Part shown: piece by piece, positions 1 to 12,589 of the stretch
Layout: each line of letters opens with the position of its first letter
Position numbering within the stretch: the first letter of the stretch is position 1
NCBI RefSeq assembly: GCF_006345805.1
Contig: NC_042998.1
Coordinates: 138,818,001 to 138,882,000, forward strand
Reading direction: 5' to 3'
DNA from: Octopus sinensis
Taxonomy: Eukaryota
DNA length: 64,000 bases
Translations under genes and position numbers: made by a program
The notes under the pieces: model-generated
Database searches by the model: none
Told to the model about the DNA's origin: nothing
What the model saw: only the letters and a program-made list of their open reading frames with translations

Positions 1-222
1 AGAATGTCGAATATCAAAATCAGGTGACGGATTCGGGTTGACAGATTACTGCCAAAATATATTTAGCCAACAACTTTTACGTTTTCCAAGGGTACAGTCA
101 AACAAAATCGAACCCGCTAAAGTGTACTCGCGGATTAAAAGGTTCAATGAAACAGTTTTAATTTAATTTTCATTTCATTATGCACAGTTATTGCTTTGTT
201 TTGTTTTATTTTCCTCTGTCAG

Positions 223-294
223 GTAATAAAAACAGTATATTCAGCACAATAATAGGAAACTCAATGACTACTTATTCCGGATCACTAAAAACTG
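223..294 (+). CDS. Gene A internal 72-bp exon, Ser/Thr-rich repeat (G-NKNSIFSTIIGNSMTTYSGSLKT-G)
   Basis: Acceptor ttttcctctgtcAG, donor GTaaac, open in phase 1-1. Same length and pattern as exons 4546-4617 and 61519-61590. Confidence 0.75.
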
Positions 295-350
295 GTAAAC
301 GTCTAAATTTAAATATTTCTTTTAATGAAATTTTGATAATATAAATAATA

Positions 351-2619
351 CAGTGATACTTCGCAGTACGACTCTCATTCGTTCCATGACCGAGCTCGTT
401 TTATGATTTACTCGTTTTACAAATCAATTTTCCTCTTTGCAATTAATTAAAATACAATTAATCCGTTCCATCCCACCAAAATCACCCGAGAACAATTTTT
501 TATGGATTTTAAAACGGAAAAGGTACAGTTACAAGGAAAATAATTATAAAACATAATAAAAGAGAATGCAAAAGAAATAAGTAAACTGGTTTTATTAACT
601 GAATTACCTTAAAGATGGGACGATTTGTGCGCGAGGAAGACAATGGAGCGTTGAGGAGGAGGATTACAGTTTGGAAAGAGAATGTCCTTTCCTTAAGACT
701 TTAGGAAGAACGATTTCTGGCGTTTTCTCTCTCACTTCGCTTAATTTAGCTTTTTGAACACTTTCTTCTCTTTTCACGCTGGTAGTTTCATTACAAACAT
801 ACCAAGGAAAGTTTACTTTTTCCTGCCTCTCAAAATGTTACGAAAATGCGCCAGAGCAGTATCATTAAATAAAGCAGCTGCACGACCTGTAGATACTTTT
901 TCAGGATGATATTTTTCTACAAATTCAGAAACATACTGCCACTTTGCCAACACTGCCTTTATGTCACTTGTAGAGATAGCCTTCTCCGTTACACTGTCCT
1001 CCCCTGGGGAACCAATCTCATCCACCGCATCCGAATGCAGCTGCTCCTGAAACTTCAAGAGTTCATCTGTCGTCAGCTCCCCTGAGTGTTCCTCGACGAG
1101 ATCGATAATGTTCCCATCGTCAACCTCGAGGCCCATGGACTTGCCAAGAAACACTATCTCCTCGATTACACGTGTCTCAGACTCAAACCCCTCGAAATCT
1201 CTTTTGGATACGCAGTCAGGCCACAGTTTCCTCCATTCAGAATTAAGGGTTCTCCTCGTTACGCTCTGCTAAGCCATATCGATGATTTACAGGTAGTAAA
1301 CAATGTTGTAGTGCTCCTTCAAAAACTCACGAAGGGTTAGATTTGTATTTTCGGTGACTTCAAAGCACCAACGAAACAGGTGTTTGGTGTACAAATTCTT
1401 AAAATTAGAAATCACCTGTTGGTCCATGGGCTGCAAGATAGGGATGGTATTGCGTGAAAGGTACAGAACTTTTATGGATTTAAATTCATTCCGGATATCA
1501 TCTTCGAGGTTAGGAGGGTGAGCAGGAGCATTGTCGAGGATGGGAAGGTTCCTGAGAGGAAGATCGTTCTTCAGAAGGTACTTTTTCCCTGCTGGTCCGT
1601 TTGCTCTCCACATGATCTGCAGCTTCTCTTTCAGGATTTTGTGCGGCTTGAACGCTCATGGATTTTCGGAATTGTAGACAAGGAGTGGCTTAATCTTCAA
1701 GTCTCCATTCGTATTGGTACAAAGGGAGAGAGAGAGTTAGCCTATCTTTCATAGGCTTGTGGCCTGGCATTTTCTTCTCTTCTGCACTTATATAGGTTCT
1801 TCTAGGCATTTTTTTCCAGAAAAAGTCCAGTTCCATCGCAGTTAAATACCTGTTTTGCGATGTACTCCTCGGCTGCGATGAGCTGACGGAATTTACGAGC
1901 GAAATCTTCAGCTGCCTTCGTGTCAGAACTCGCTGCTTCTCCATATCTGACGACACTATGAACACCAGTCCTCTTCTTGAAATTATCAAACCAGTTGTGA
2001 CTGGCCCTAAGTGCGTCTGCTGACGTCTCCTCCGTCGATGTTCCAGGGTTCTGCTGCAGTGCTCGTGCTTTCTCGCAGGTGATGGTCTCCGTCATGTCTT
2101 CATTGACAGATGTGCGTTGCTTAGAGAGCCTGGTGACAAACTTTGGCTGTTGTAACGGCCTTGATCTCGTCGTTTTTCTTCAGGATGTTGCAGGTCGTCG
2201 ATGCTTCGGCCGTATTGACGTACTATGTCCACTAAACATACTCTTCTCTCATATTTATCAATGAGTTCCTTCTTCAATTCTGTCGTTATCAGCTCTTCCT
2301 TCTCGGTACTGTCCTTTGCACTAACCTTCTTAGGACCCATGGCTAACACAACTAATCATCATAAAATAATAGCAAAAGCACACAAGACTAAAAAAGAAAA
2401 AACTGGGAAAAACACGAGATAAACACATAAACTGGGCGAGTGGAGTCTGCGCTTGTTGGGAGGGCGTGTGCGAGCTCAGCGCCAACTAGCAATCGCTTGT
2501 ATGAAACTTACTCTTACTGCGGATTTCCGCTCGTGTTTCAAGACAAAAATCCGCACGGGCCTCGGCTCGTACAGCAAATTACTCCTACTATGGTGCACTC
2601 GTACTGCGATGTTCTATTG
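351..2619 (-). mobile_element. Tigger/pogo-family DNA transposon, frameshifted transposase
   Basis: ORF fragments 2092-2349 (HTH), 1802-2095 (CENP-B HTH, SHNWFDNFKKR, VFNCDGTGLF) and 1287-1613 (ILDNAPAHP, LQPMDQQVISNFK; DDE_1). Imperfect TIRs CAGTGATACTTCGCAGTACGA / CAATAGAACATCGCAGTACGA, each flanked by TA. Confidence 0.93.
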
Positions 2620-3390
2620 TATTTTCTTATATAAATAAACTGGATTGCATCGTCCCTAGAGTATTAATAATCTATGTAAAGTGAATTTTTAAAAATTGGA
2701 TTACGGATTTGGTTTCACAGAAGATTACTACCAGACTATGTTTTGTTTAGATAAAAGGTTCTGTATTTCAGGTTGTAAAATCGGATGCTCTTTCATTATT
2801 TAGCATCGCAGTTGTATCCATCAGTCACATCATGTAATATCAAATTCCATTAATTTAATACAATACAGTGCTGAAAATGACCCCAACGTTACCATGCATA
2901 AATAAATATTCTCAGGGAAGTTATAAATTTAATATATTCAACCAGTGTTTGCATACATTTTTCCATAATGGCAGTCAATTTGTTAACGTTTAATCTGAAA
3001 ATCGATCGCATCACCCTCATGAAAGTTCAGTTAAGTATTGCTTCATGATAAAAAAACTCAGTAGCATTAGGAAAACTAAAACGCTGTCTTCAATATAAAC
3101 GGGAAAATAAAATTAAACAAGTATTTTCTTAAAAAGCAAAACAAAATAATCTCCCCGTCCAGAAATGATGAAAATTTGAAAACGGTAAACAAAATCTGAA
3201 AAATTTTAGTGATAACCCATGAAATATGCACTGTCCGCTTCTGTATTTGCATCTACTAATAATTTACGGAAATTGATCAGTTAATTAATTATAGACAAGT
3301 TATAAAGAAGACCGAATGTGATCGATTAATTAAACGAATGCCAGGTGACTCGTATCTTAGTGAAATTATGAATACAGTCAAACTTTAATT

Positions 3391-3798
3391 ACTCTTTTAA
3401 TCTTTTACTTGTTTCAGTCATCTGACTGCGGCCATGCTGGAGCACCGCATTTAGTCAAGCAAGTTGACCCCAGGACTTATTCTTTGTAAGCCCAGTACTT
3501 ATTCTATCGGTCTCTTTTGCCGAACCGCAAAGTTACAGGGACGTAAACACACCAGCATCGGTTGTCAAGCGATGTTGGGTGACAAACACAGGCACACAAA
3601 CACACACACAAATACATATATATATACATATATACGACGGGCTTTTTTTCAGTTTCCGTCTACCAGATCCACTCACAAGGCTTTGGTCGGCCCGAGGCTA
3701 TAGTAGAAGACACTTGCCCAAGGTGCCACGCAGTGAGACTGAACCCAGAACCATGCGGTTGGTAAACAAGCTACTTACCACACAGCCACTCCTGCGCC
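3391..3798 (-). mobile_element. tRNA-derived SINE family 1 (octopus OR-like/CORE-like) with internal microsatellite
   Basis: Head GGCGCAGGAGTGGCTGTGTGG (A box) and GGTTCAGTC (B box-like), central (TA)n(TG)n, conserved 3' half, A-rich tail. More than 12 copies in the window. Confidence 0.88.
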
Positions 3799-4163
3799 TA
3801 ATAAATCAATATTAATTATTAGATAAATTAAACAGTTGATATAATCATAAAATAGCTGATATAATTAATGTACCAATGGTAGATGTAACTAAAGTGTGGG
3901 AGGTAAGTAGTCTGTAAATCGAAATGGTAACCCAACTTCAATCCTCAACTAATGCAAACTTAGTACATTTAGAATTGAACTTTAACACTGTGAACACTTG
4001 AGTACGATTTAGCGGGAACAATTTCGCTTGATTCTACTCATAGAAGACGAAAAGAAGGGCGGCCACGTAGTGTTGTGTTTAAGGCTAAACATAACGATGA
4101 ATATTGGTGAGTCGTAAATGCAAACCTATGAGCTCTTCTGCTTTTGCGTCATCCAGTGGTATA

Positions 4164-4424
4164 GGTAAAGGTAGGTAAAGTTACCTTCTCGAGTCATACC
4201 GATTCATAAGGGCTGGTTTCCCGGTTTCATGGCGTATACGTTCCCCACCTGGACGGGACGTCGGTCATCGTAGGATTACTCATTTTTGCCAGTTCAGTGG
4301 ACTGCAGCAACATGAAATGAGGTGTTTCGCTCAAGAGCAAAACGCGTCGCTCGGTCCAGGAATCGAAACCACAATCTTACGATCATGAGTCCATCACCCA
4401 AACCACAAAGCCACACACCTCCAC
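4164..4424 (-). mobile_element. tRNA-derived SINE family 2 (V-domain-like motif GTCCCGTCCAGG)
   Basis: tRNA-like head with GTTTCGATTCC. Shared 3' block GGGGAACGTATACGCC..GAAACCGGGAAACC with the copy at 42298-42445. Confidence 0.7.
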
Positions 4425-4545
4425 CAATGATAAAATCAAACAAAATCACATTAGCTAAAGTGTGCTTGCGATTCAAAGGTTTAATGAAACTCGATTTTCA
4501 TTTCAATATTGATAACCGTTGTCTTATTTTATTTTCCTCAAACAG

Positions 4546-4617
4546 ATAGTGAAACAAGCATATCCAGCACAACAGTAGAAAGTCAAATGTCAACTTCTTC
4601 CGAGCCACCAAACACTG
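4546..4617 (+). CDS. Gene A internal 72-bp exon (D-SETSISSTTVESQMSTSSEPPNT-G)
   Basis: Acceptor ttattttcctcaaacAG, donor GTaaat, phase 1-1. Joins in frame to the exon at 5462. Confidence 0.8.
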
Positions 4618-4899
4618 GTAAATGTCCAAGATTTCATTATGCGTTTCTTTGACTGAAACACGGATTGGTATAAATATTACCTTCTTCTGTTGATACTGTA
4701 ATTTAAATTGTACCGTCTCTAAGGTATTAATAATCAATATAAAATTAACTAGAACGAAAAGACAAACGTCAAGGTTACGGATCTGGCTTGATTGAAGATT
4801 ACTGCTAACGTATATTTTGTTTGGAGACAGAAACGGGATCCGAACAAGCAAACTTTTCAATTTTTCAATTTGGGTCGCTTTGATTATCTTTCTCTTCTC

Positions 4900-4965
4900 T
4901 CTCCTCTCTCTTGCTCGCTCTCTCCCCAACTCTGTATTTATGTGTATATATGTATGTATGTTCGC

Positions 4966-5005
<40 letters not shown>

Positions 5006-5029
5006 CAAAATGTGTATCTTTCTCTCTCT

Positions 5030-5102
<73 letters not shown>

Positions 5103-5160
5103 GTGTGTGTGTGTGTGTGTGTGTGAGTGTGTGCGTGTGTGAGCGCGTGTGAGTGTGTAT
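4900..5160. repeat. Compound (CT)n(TA)n(TG)n microsatellite, representative of dozens in the window
   Basis: Directly visible simple repeats. They generate the YIYI/CVCV/HTHT ORFs. Confidence 0.95.
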
Positions 5161-5461
5161 AAGAGAAAATAATATGGTCATAACATGATAATGCTCAATT
5201 CGTTTCTTACATATGCTTCAATACTTGGTAACATATGATGTCACACTACAGGTGCAACAAGTAGGTGCAGCTTATCATAAATGATGTCACGAAACAGACA
5301 TATCGATCAAAATCGTGTTAAGCTTTTCAGCACGGCAAACCAGTATTTCTCTGTTCTATGGCGTGTTCTCCAAAGCCCAAGTTAAATAGAACATTTATAT
5401 AATTCTTTCTTTAAAAAAGGATATTTCAATTTATTTATTTCACATTTTATATTCCCGTCAG

Positions 5462-5736
5462 GATCGAATGGATCCAAATGCATCTGTAGCTGTACAGAAC
5501 AAATACCAGAGACTGAAGCCGAAATTAAGGAACGAATGGAAAACACTCGAAAAGAACTTACAGTGAAAAAGAACGCAACTTCACGATACATAGCTACGAA
5601 AATCAGTGCCCCGGATGAGCGAGTGTCTTCTCAGACTATGGGCGCATTAGCAATTATCATGCTTTCAGTAATTGCTGGATTAATTATCATTCCAGATATC
5701 TTATATTTATTGAAGAAAATGTTTGATACTTTGTAA
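5462..5736 (+). CDS. Gene A terminal exon: CxCxC motif, helical linker, single TM helix, short tail
   Basis: Acceptor ttttatattcccgtcAG in phase 1 gives GSNGSKCICSCTEQIPETEAEIKERMENTRKELTVKKNATSRYIATKISAPDERVSSQTMGALAIIMLSVIAGLIIIPDILYLLKKMFDTL*. From memory this resembles the C-terminus of uncharacterised mollusc membrane proteins. Confidence 0.85.
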
Positions 5737-5939
5737 ACTCTTCTTTCGGTTTTATGAAGAAAATACCCAAAAGTCACCTACAGTTTATTTTTTCACATGT
5801 TTTATATATAAACTGCCATTAAATTTAATTATGTTTTTATGTTTTAGTGTTGCAAAAGACAAAGACAACGAAATAGTAATGCATTATAAATCGATGTAAT
5901 ATTGTTTGTTCGTTCAGCTGTTATACTTTAATTAGTAAG

Positions 5940-6248
5940 AGAGTTGGAGTGAGAGGTGGAGTAAAAGTGAATGAGGAGGAGGAGTGTGTGTAGGTGAGGA
6001 AGGAGTAGAGAAAGATGTGTAACAAGGCCAAATGCACCACGTTATTAGTTGAAAGGAGAGGCAAAGAGCGAGAGAAAAAAGATAACGAGAGAAAAGACGG
6101 AGAGAGAAGTATTAATGACGTGCTGTAGGGTGTGGAGGAAAGGGTAAAGAGAGATATGTTTAGCATACAATATTTAGCAGAGGGTGATGTTCTGGTGGTG
6201 AGGTTAAAAAAGACCGATAAAGAGAGATGGACAGGACAGGCAGTTACA

Positions 6249-6295
<47 letters not shown>

Positions 6296-6690
6296 AGAGG
6301 CAGTTCGCATTTGTATTGTCAAGAAGGAAATGAAATGTGCTTTGTTACTGAAAACTATAGTGATGATGATGTGGGGGCTGTTGGTGGTGGTGAGGGGGTG
6401 TTGATAGTGAAAGGAAGATTTTTTATTGAACTATCTTTATACTATTATTCTACGTATTCGTTCACACTTTACGCGTTAGCTTGGAAGAGTGGAGATGGAG
6501 CAATAGAGAGGAAGAAGGAATGTGAGAGAGGAGACAGCCAGCCGATTCATTATGCTGTCACTCATGTGGTTAGTGGAAGTGAGAGGTGAAGAGAAGGAGA
6601 GAAATGTTAAAGATATGAAGAGGGGAATCAGGTTAAAAAGTTCGTTGAAAAGGTAGAGAGATAGAGAGAAATACAAAGTGCTAAGCAGAG
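5940..6690 (-). mobile_element. Highly decayed LINE 3' region (purine-rich on + strand)
   Basis: Minus-strand NRLAVSSLTFLL resembles the RRxVSSLxLFY C-terminal motif of CR1/L2-group LINEs. Otherwise low complexity. Confidence 0.3.
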
Positions 6691-7424
6691 AGAAATTTTA
6701 AAATCATATAATAAATAATTGTGACTGGAAGTGAAATAACTTTAGCGAAATAAAAATAAGAAGGCAAATCAACCTTTCTTTCTTAAATAGTTTCTCTTAA
6801 TATTTTCGCTCTGTGGAATTTCCACGGGCCTATAGAACTTGACATGAAGAGAGAATTTTTGAGTAGGAAAACATAGTCTTAACACCTTTTCCAATGTTGT
6901 TAGCGATGTAAATAAATCGAAATCGCTCTAGTTAAGCTTGACAGAAATATATTTACATGGAGCACAGGAAAAAAAAATACAGAATAAATGTACAGGGTAA
7001 AATAAGAAAATACGATTTTCATAATTTGACAGCTGTTTCAGGAAACCTGGAGTTATCTAATAATCATAATCATAAATAGCAGATGAAATATGCAAAATGT
7101 CATGGGTATATAACCGGTAAACAGTCACATAATATTACAATAAATCCGGCTTCACTCACCAAGAGAACATTGGCAAATGCGGTTCCGTAGTAATGATAGC
7201 GAAAACAAACGGTTAAAGAGGAAAGGAAGCAGAACGAGATCAGGGATCAAATAAAGTGTTACAGAGGAATTCTTGTTTGACTCTTTTGATACATCACAAT
7301 TTTATACATTCACAAATTTTACTGTAGTTAATTTGCTCTGGAATTTATTGAAGAATTCTAATAAAACATCAATTATTTTTTCTCGAATAAAAATAAGTTG
7401 ACTAACCTAATTTTATTCTTTTAT

Positions 7425-7682
7425 TCGTTTTTCTTTCACTTGTCTCAGTCACTGAACTGTGGCCATGGTGGGACACTGCTTTAAATGGGTTAACTGATCA
7501 CAATGATTCCATTTCTAATATATTTTAAACGTCTGATACTTATTTCATGGTTGTCTTTTGTTGAACTGCTAAGTTACGGGGACGTAAACACAGCAACACC
7601 GGTTGTCAAGCAACGATGGGAGACAAACACCGAAACAAAGACACACACACACACATAGGTATACATACATACATACATACAC

Positions 7683-7730
<48 letters not shown>
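7425..7730 (-). mobile_element. SINE family 1, 3' half
   Basis: Matches AAGTTACGGGGACGTAAACAC..CCGGTTGTCAAGC block of 3391-3798. Confidence 0.8.
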
Positions 7731-7733
<3 letters not shown>

Positions 7734-7737
<4 letters not shown>

Positions 7738-7974
7738 AGAACAGTTTGACTCAGTTCCATGCAACTTAAATTTTCGCAGGCTCGTAGAACAAACCTATTA
7801 CTTTAGACATCTAGATACCTGACCAGATAAGTACATGTGCATGTATGTATGTAGGCGCACACATGGCTGTGGCGTGGCTGTGTGGTAAGAAGCTTGCTTT
7901 CCAACCACATATTTCCAGGTTCAGTCCTACTGAGTGAGTGGATTTGGAAGACGGAAACTGAAAGAAGCTCGTCG

Positions 7975-8005
<31 letters not shown>

Positions 8006-8220
8006 GCCAAATCCACTCACTCAGTAGGACTGAACCTGGAAATATGTGATTGGAAAGCAAGCTTCTTACCACACAGCCACGCCACAGCCATGTGTGCGAC
8101 TACATACATACATGCACATGTACTTATCTGGTCAGGTATCTAGATGTCTAAAGTAATAGGTTTGTTCTACGAGCCTGCGAAAATTTAAGTTGCATGGAAC
8201 TGAGTCAAACTGTTCTTATA
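7734..8220. repeat. Near-perfect 214-bp inverted repeat (7734-7947 / 8007-8220)
   Basis: Arms are reverse complements with about 2 mismatches and include a deleted SINE head. Spacer is 59 bp. Confidence 0.92.
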
Positions 8221-8246
8221 CATACATACATACATACATACATACA

Positions 8247-8277
<31 letters not shown>

Positions 8278-8599
8278 GTAAATAAATGTATTTGGTATAT
8301 ATGTAAATAAATGTATTTTAAACATTTACGACTTTTTGAAATTTAGGTGCATTTTCAACAACACATTTTCATATATATATAGAAAAATGTGTTGTTGAAA
8401 ATGTTTAAAATACATGTATTTACATATATACCAAACTAGTTTCAACAATAATTTTTGTTTATCAATGGTAAAAGTTTAAAATTAGAAAACACATCTTTAA
8501 AAGTTTCAATGTTGACAAATTAAAATGTTTCAATGTTGATAAATTAACATGTTCAAAACAGAAGGTGTAAGTTTGAATGTTCATAGCAGTCAATAAAAT

Positions 8600-9474
8600 T
8601 AAAACTGTATATCAGTTTGAATGTACAAAGTTCATTAATTTTAGTGGTAGTCGACAAGTCATTCTGAAAAAGACAAGTGTGAAATGAACACTTGAAGCTA
8701 GGATACGTTTTTCTCTATAATGTATGGGTCCCTCACAAACTCTCAGAAAAGAATTACTTGGACTAATATTCCATTCGTGATATGCTTTTGAAACGGAATG
8801 AAAACATGCCTTTTTTAAAAACAACTTGTGACTGGAAATGAAAAATGGATTATGTACGAAAACGTAGTGCGGAAAAGATCCCGGAGTTTGTGTAAGGATT
8901 CTCCAAAACAGCAACCAAAGACGAATATCCATGCCAAGAAAGCTATGCTTTGTGTTTGGTGGGATCATAAAAGCATTATTTATTTTGAGCTTCTCCCACA
9001 AAACCAGATCATTAATTCTGACGTGTACTGTCGTCAGCGGGCTAATATGAACTAAAAAAATCAAAGAATTGAGGTCTGAGAGTGTCAACAGGAAAGGGGT
9101 AGTGTTCCAATAAGACAATGCCTGACCACAGGTGTTTTTGGCTACCCGAACAAAGTTACATGAACTTGACTGGGATCTCTTACCTCATCCACCATATTCT
9201 CCTGATATTGCACCATCCGACTACCACTTGTTTTTATCTCTACAGAACTCATTACAAGGGAAAACATTTAACAATTTAGATGGAATCAAAAGTGCATCTA
9301 GATAATTTTTTTCTTTAAAACCAGTCAAATTTTATGGTGATGGAATATCTAAATTGCGTGGTAGATGGGCAAAGGTCATTAATAATAATGGAAATTATTT
9401 CATTGAATAAAATTTATTAAAAGGTCATTTAATTAATATCTCTTTTTGCACAGAACTTTCCGGATAATTTTATA
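8600..9474 (+). mobile_element. Decayed mariner (DD34D-type) transposon, 3' two-thirds
   Basis: VTGNEKWIMYEN, KAMLCVWWD, HPPYSPDIAPSDYHLF and GRWAKVINNNGNYFIE motifs, with stops and frameshifts. Confidence 0.9.
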
Positions 9475-9690
9475 TATATGGTTCGGATCATTTTCCAACC
9501 AAGTGGTTCCTCGTTCAATCCCACCAGGCAGCACATTCAGTAATCACCGTCTATCACAGTTTCGGACAGAGCAATAATTTCCGAGTGACATTGCCGAATG
9601 GATAGAGTGGAGAAAGTCACGCACTTTTGACAAGTTGTGGTGCACCCGAGCACTGTATACAATAATTTCATTATTTTTATTATTATTATT

Positions 9691-12467
9691 CAGTAGTTTT
9701 ATTTTTATAGCGTGCTTTCACTTCACTACCAAGCGCAGCTCTGTGTGCCTTGGGTATGTGCTGTGATTTGTTGTGATGCTCTGATGGTTATTGTATGGAA
9801 AGTGTTCTGCGTAGGATGTGTGCAGTGCCTAGTAGTGCAATTTTCTGTATGTTATATGTGTTTGTAAGTCCTGGTGTTTTTGTTATGTATTTGTCTGAAT
9901 ATTTTTTTATCATGCCTAATGCACCTACTATGATAGGAATTGTTTCTGTTTTCAGATTCCACATTCTAGTTACCTCTATTTCCAGGTCTTTGTATTTTGA
10001 GAGCTTCTCCATTTCTTTTAGAGACACGTTGTCATCAGCCGGTATTGATACATCAATTAGAAAGCATTTTTTTTCTTCATGATCTCTGACAACTATATCT
10101 GGTCTGTTGGCCTTAATTTCTCTATCTGTGTGTATCGGCATATTCCAGAGTATGGTTGCTTTCTCGTTTTCTGTGACCTTTTCTGGTGTGTGCCTATACC
10201 ATCTTTTTTCTGTTGTTATTCCATAATGTTGGCATAGCTTCCAATGTATGTAGGTTCCAACTCTGTCATGTCTGTGAATATATTCCTTCTTAGCCAGGAC
10301 TGGGCAGCTAGAGATAATATGATTTATTGTTTCTTGTCCATCTCCACATATTCTGCAGTTACTTGTAATATTTCTTTTCATTACATGTTTTTGGTAATTT
10401 CTGGTGGGGAGGCATTAGTCTTGTGCTGCAATTAAAAATCCCTCTGTCTCTGCTTTGAGTCCTGAGCTTCTCAACCATTGCTGGGATTTTTCTTTGTCTA
10501 TTTCTTTTGCGTTTAGTTTAGTCCAGTATTTACCATGAAGGGGCTTTTCTTGCCATCGTTTTATCATGGTTCGTTGCTGTTCTATTTTTAGTTTGGATTT
10601 CATTTGTTTTATAGCTTTTGTTGTTTCTTCATCTTCTTCTTCTTCTTCATGTTTATTAGGTGGTATGATTTCTTGTTTGTATTTGTCAGCTTCCTTAAAT
10701 ACTGAGAATAGTTTTTTGTTTTGCTCGTGTTTTGCCGATATCTGGATCAGTTTTCCTTCCTTCTGAAGTAGATATTTTTGCAGTCCTATGGTGGTTATTT
10801 TATAGTAATTTTCCAGCTGTATAAGGCCTCTACCACCTTCTATACGTTGTATATATAGTCTTTCTATGTCAGATTTTGGGTGATGCATTCTAGATCCTGT
10901 CATTATTTTTCTTGTTTTCCTATCTATTTTGGTCAGTTCATTTCGTGTCCAGTTAAGGATATTGTAGCTGTAACTTACAACTGGGACAGCTAAAGTGTTG
11001 ATGCCTATTATCTTGTTTTTAGCATTGAGCTCTGTGTTTAGTATTGATCTAACTCGTCTATAATATTCTTTTTTTATTTTCTCTTTCATTTGTGTGTGTT
11101 GTGTCTTATCTAGTTCATGGATTCCTAAGTATTTGTAAGTTTGGCTTTGGTCTAATTCTTTTATTTCATTGGTTTTATCTAGTGTGATGTTGTTACTCTT
11201 AACTAGTTTTCCTCTTTTCATGGTTACTTTGGCGCATTTTTCTAATCCAAATTTCATATCTATTTCTTTGGTAAATCCATGAACTGTCTTTAATAGTGTT
11301 TCCAGCTGTTTGTCATTTGCAGCGTATAGTTTTAGGTCATCCATATATAAAAGGTGGCTGATCGTTTTGCCGTAACATTTATATCCGCATCCAGTTCTAT
11401 TTAGCATATCAGATAGAGGTGACAGTGCCAAGCAGAAAAGGAGTGGAGAGAGCGTGTCTCCCTGGAATATTCCTCTTCTAATGGGGATGTCTTTGGTCTT
11501 CATGAGTCCCTCTTTTGTTTGGAGGTGTAGGACTGTTTGCCATTTATTCATAGAGTGCTCTATGAATTTTATGATTGTTGGTGCTACTTTGTTAATGGCT
11601 AGTGTTTCGAGGATCCATGTGTGGGGGATGCTATCAAACGTCTTTTTGTAGTCAATCCAGGCCATACTGAGGCCTTTCTTCTTTCTGTGGCTGTCTTCAG
11701 TTATGGCTTTATTAATCATTAGTTGATCTTTACAGCCATATGAGCCTTTGCGGCATCCTTTCTGCTCTTCTGGGAACAGTTTGTTTTCGTCCAGGTGCTT
11801 GTTCAGCCTTTGTGATATCACTGCAGTAAATGCCTTGAACATAGTAGGGAGGCAGGTTATTGGTCTGTAGTTTTCTGGTTTTTCTGTTTCATTTGATTTG
11901 GGAATTAAGATGGTTTTCCCCTTCGTGAGCCATTCAGGCATTGTCTCTGGCTCTGCTAGTACGTTGTTAAAGTTTACAGCCAGCTTTTTGTGCATTCCTG
12001 TTGGATATTTCAACCAGAAGTTGGGGATCTTGTCATGCCCAGGTGCCTTCCAGTTGCTTAGTCTTTGCAGTGCCTGGGTGACCTCTTCAGTTGTTATGGG
12101 GGTCCAAAGTTGTTCAGATGCCGAGTTTGTTATTTTGATACTTCTTTTTTTTGGTGGTTCGTTCGCCGACCATATTTCTCTCCAGAATTCTTCCAATTCT
12201 TCTGCCGTTGGTGCTGCAGTGACTTCTATTTTATTTTTGCCCAGTTCTTGGTAGAACTTTTGGGGGTTGGAGTTGAACTTTTTGTTTTGTTCAAAGAAGC
12301 GTTGGCGTTTCTCGTACCGGCGGATCCTTTGTGCTTTGGCAAGGATATCTTGCTTCAGCTTTTCTTTTATTTCAGGCAAATCTTTCTCTGTGATGTTATA
12401 TTTGCGGAGTATTTTTGTTCTCTTTTTGTTGCTCAGTAGCGTTGATTGTTTGCTGATTTCATTAAGA
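9691..12467 (-). mobile_element. 5'-truncated R4/Dong-like non-LTR retrotransposon (RT + CCHC + restriction-like endonuclease)
   Basis: RT motifs GIFQGDTLSP and LLYMDDLKLY. CRICGDGQETINHIISSC, RHD and NRPDIVV..IDVSIP..K..KY. ORFs 10415-12559 and 9788-10381 share a frame, split by one TAA. (AAT)n on both flanks. Confidence 0.93.

Positions 12468-12530
<63 letters not shown>
12468..12530. repeat. (ATT)n tract at the 5' junction of the Dong-like element
   Basis: Visible. Source of the poly-Ile at the start of the 714-aa ORF. Confidence 0.95.
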
Positions 12531-12589
12531 AGTAAATATCGCAGCGAACAGGCGAACAAAGAAAGCAGGTATATCTTTTTTATTATTTT

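Noticed and set aside
3858-3910. GGAG|GTAAGT donor with a short upstream open frame
   Set aside because: Weak acceptor, and it ends in phase 0, incompatible with the phase-1 chain of gene A.
4792-5152. ORFs rich in YI, CV, HT, RE, LS, poly-I/N/Y (many across the window)
   Set aside because: Translations of di-, tri- and tetranucleotide microsatellites; no coding signal.
7145-7290. Minus-strand GTGAGT donor with a hydrophobic upstream frame
   Set aside because: No in-frame ATG and no AG acceptor after the pyrimidine tract.
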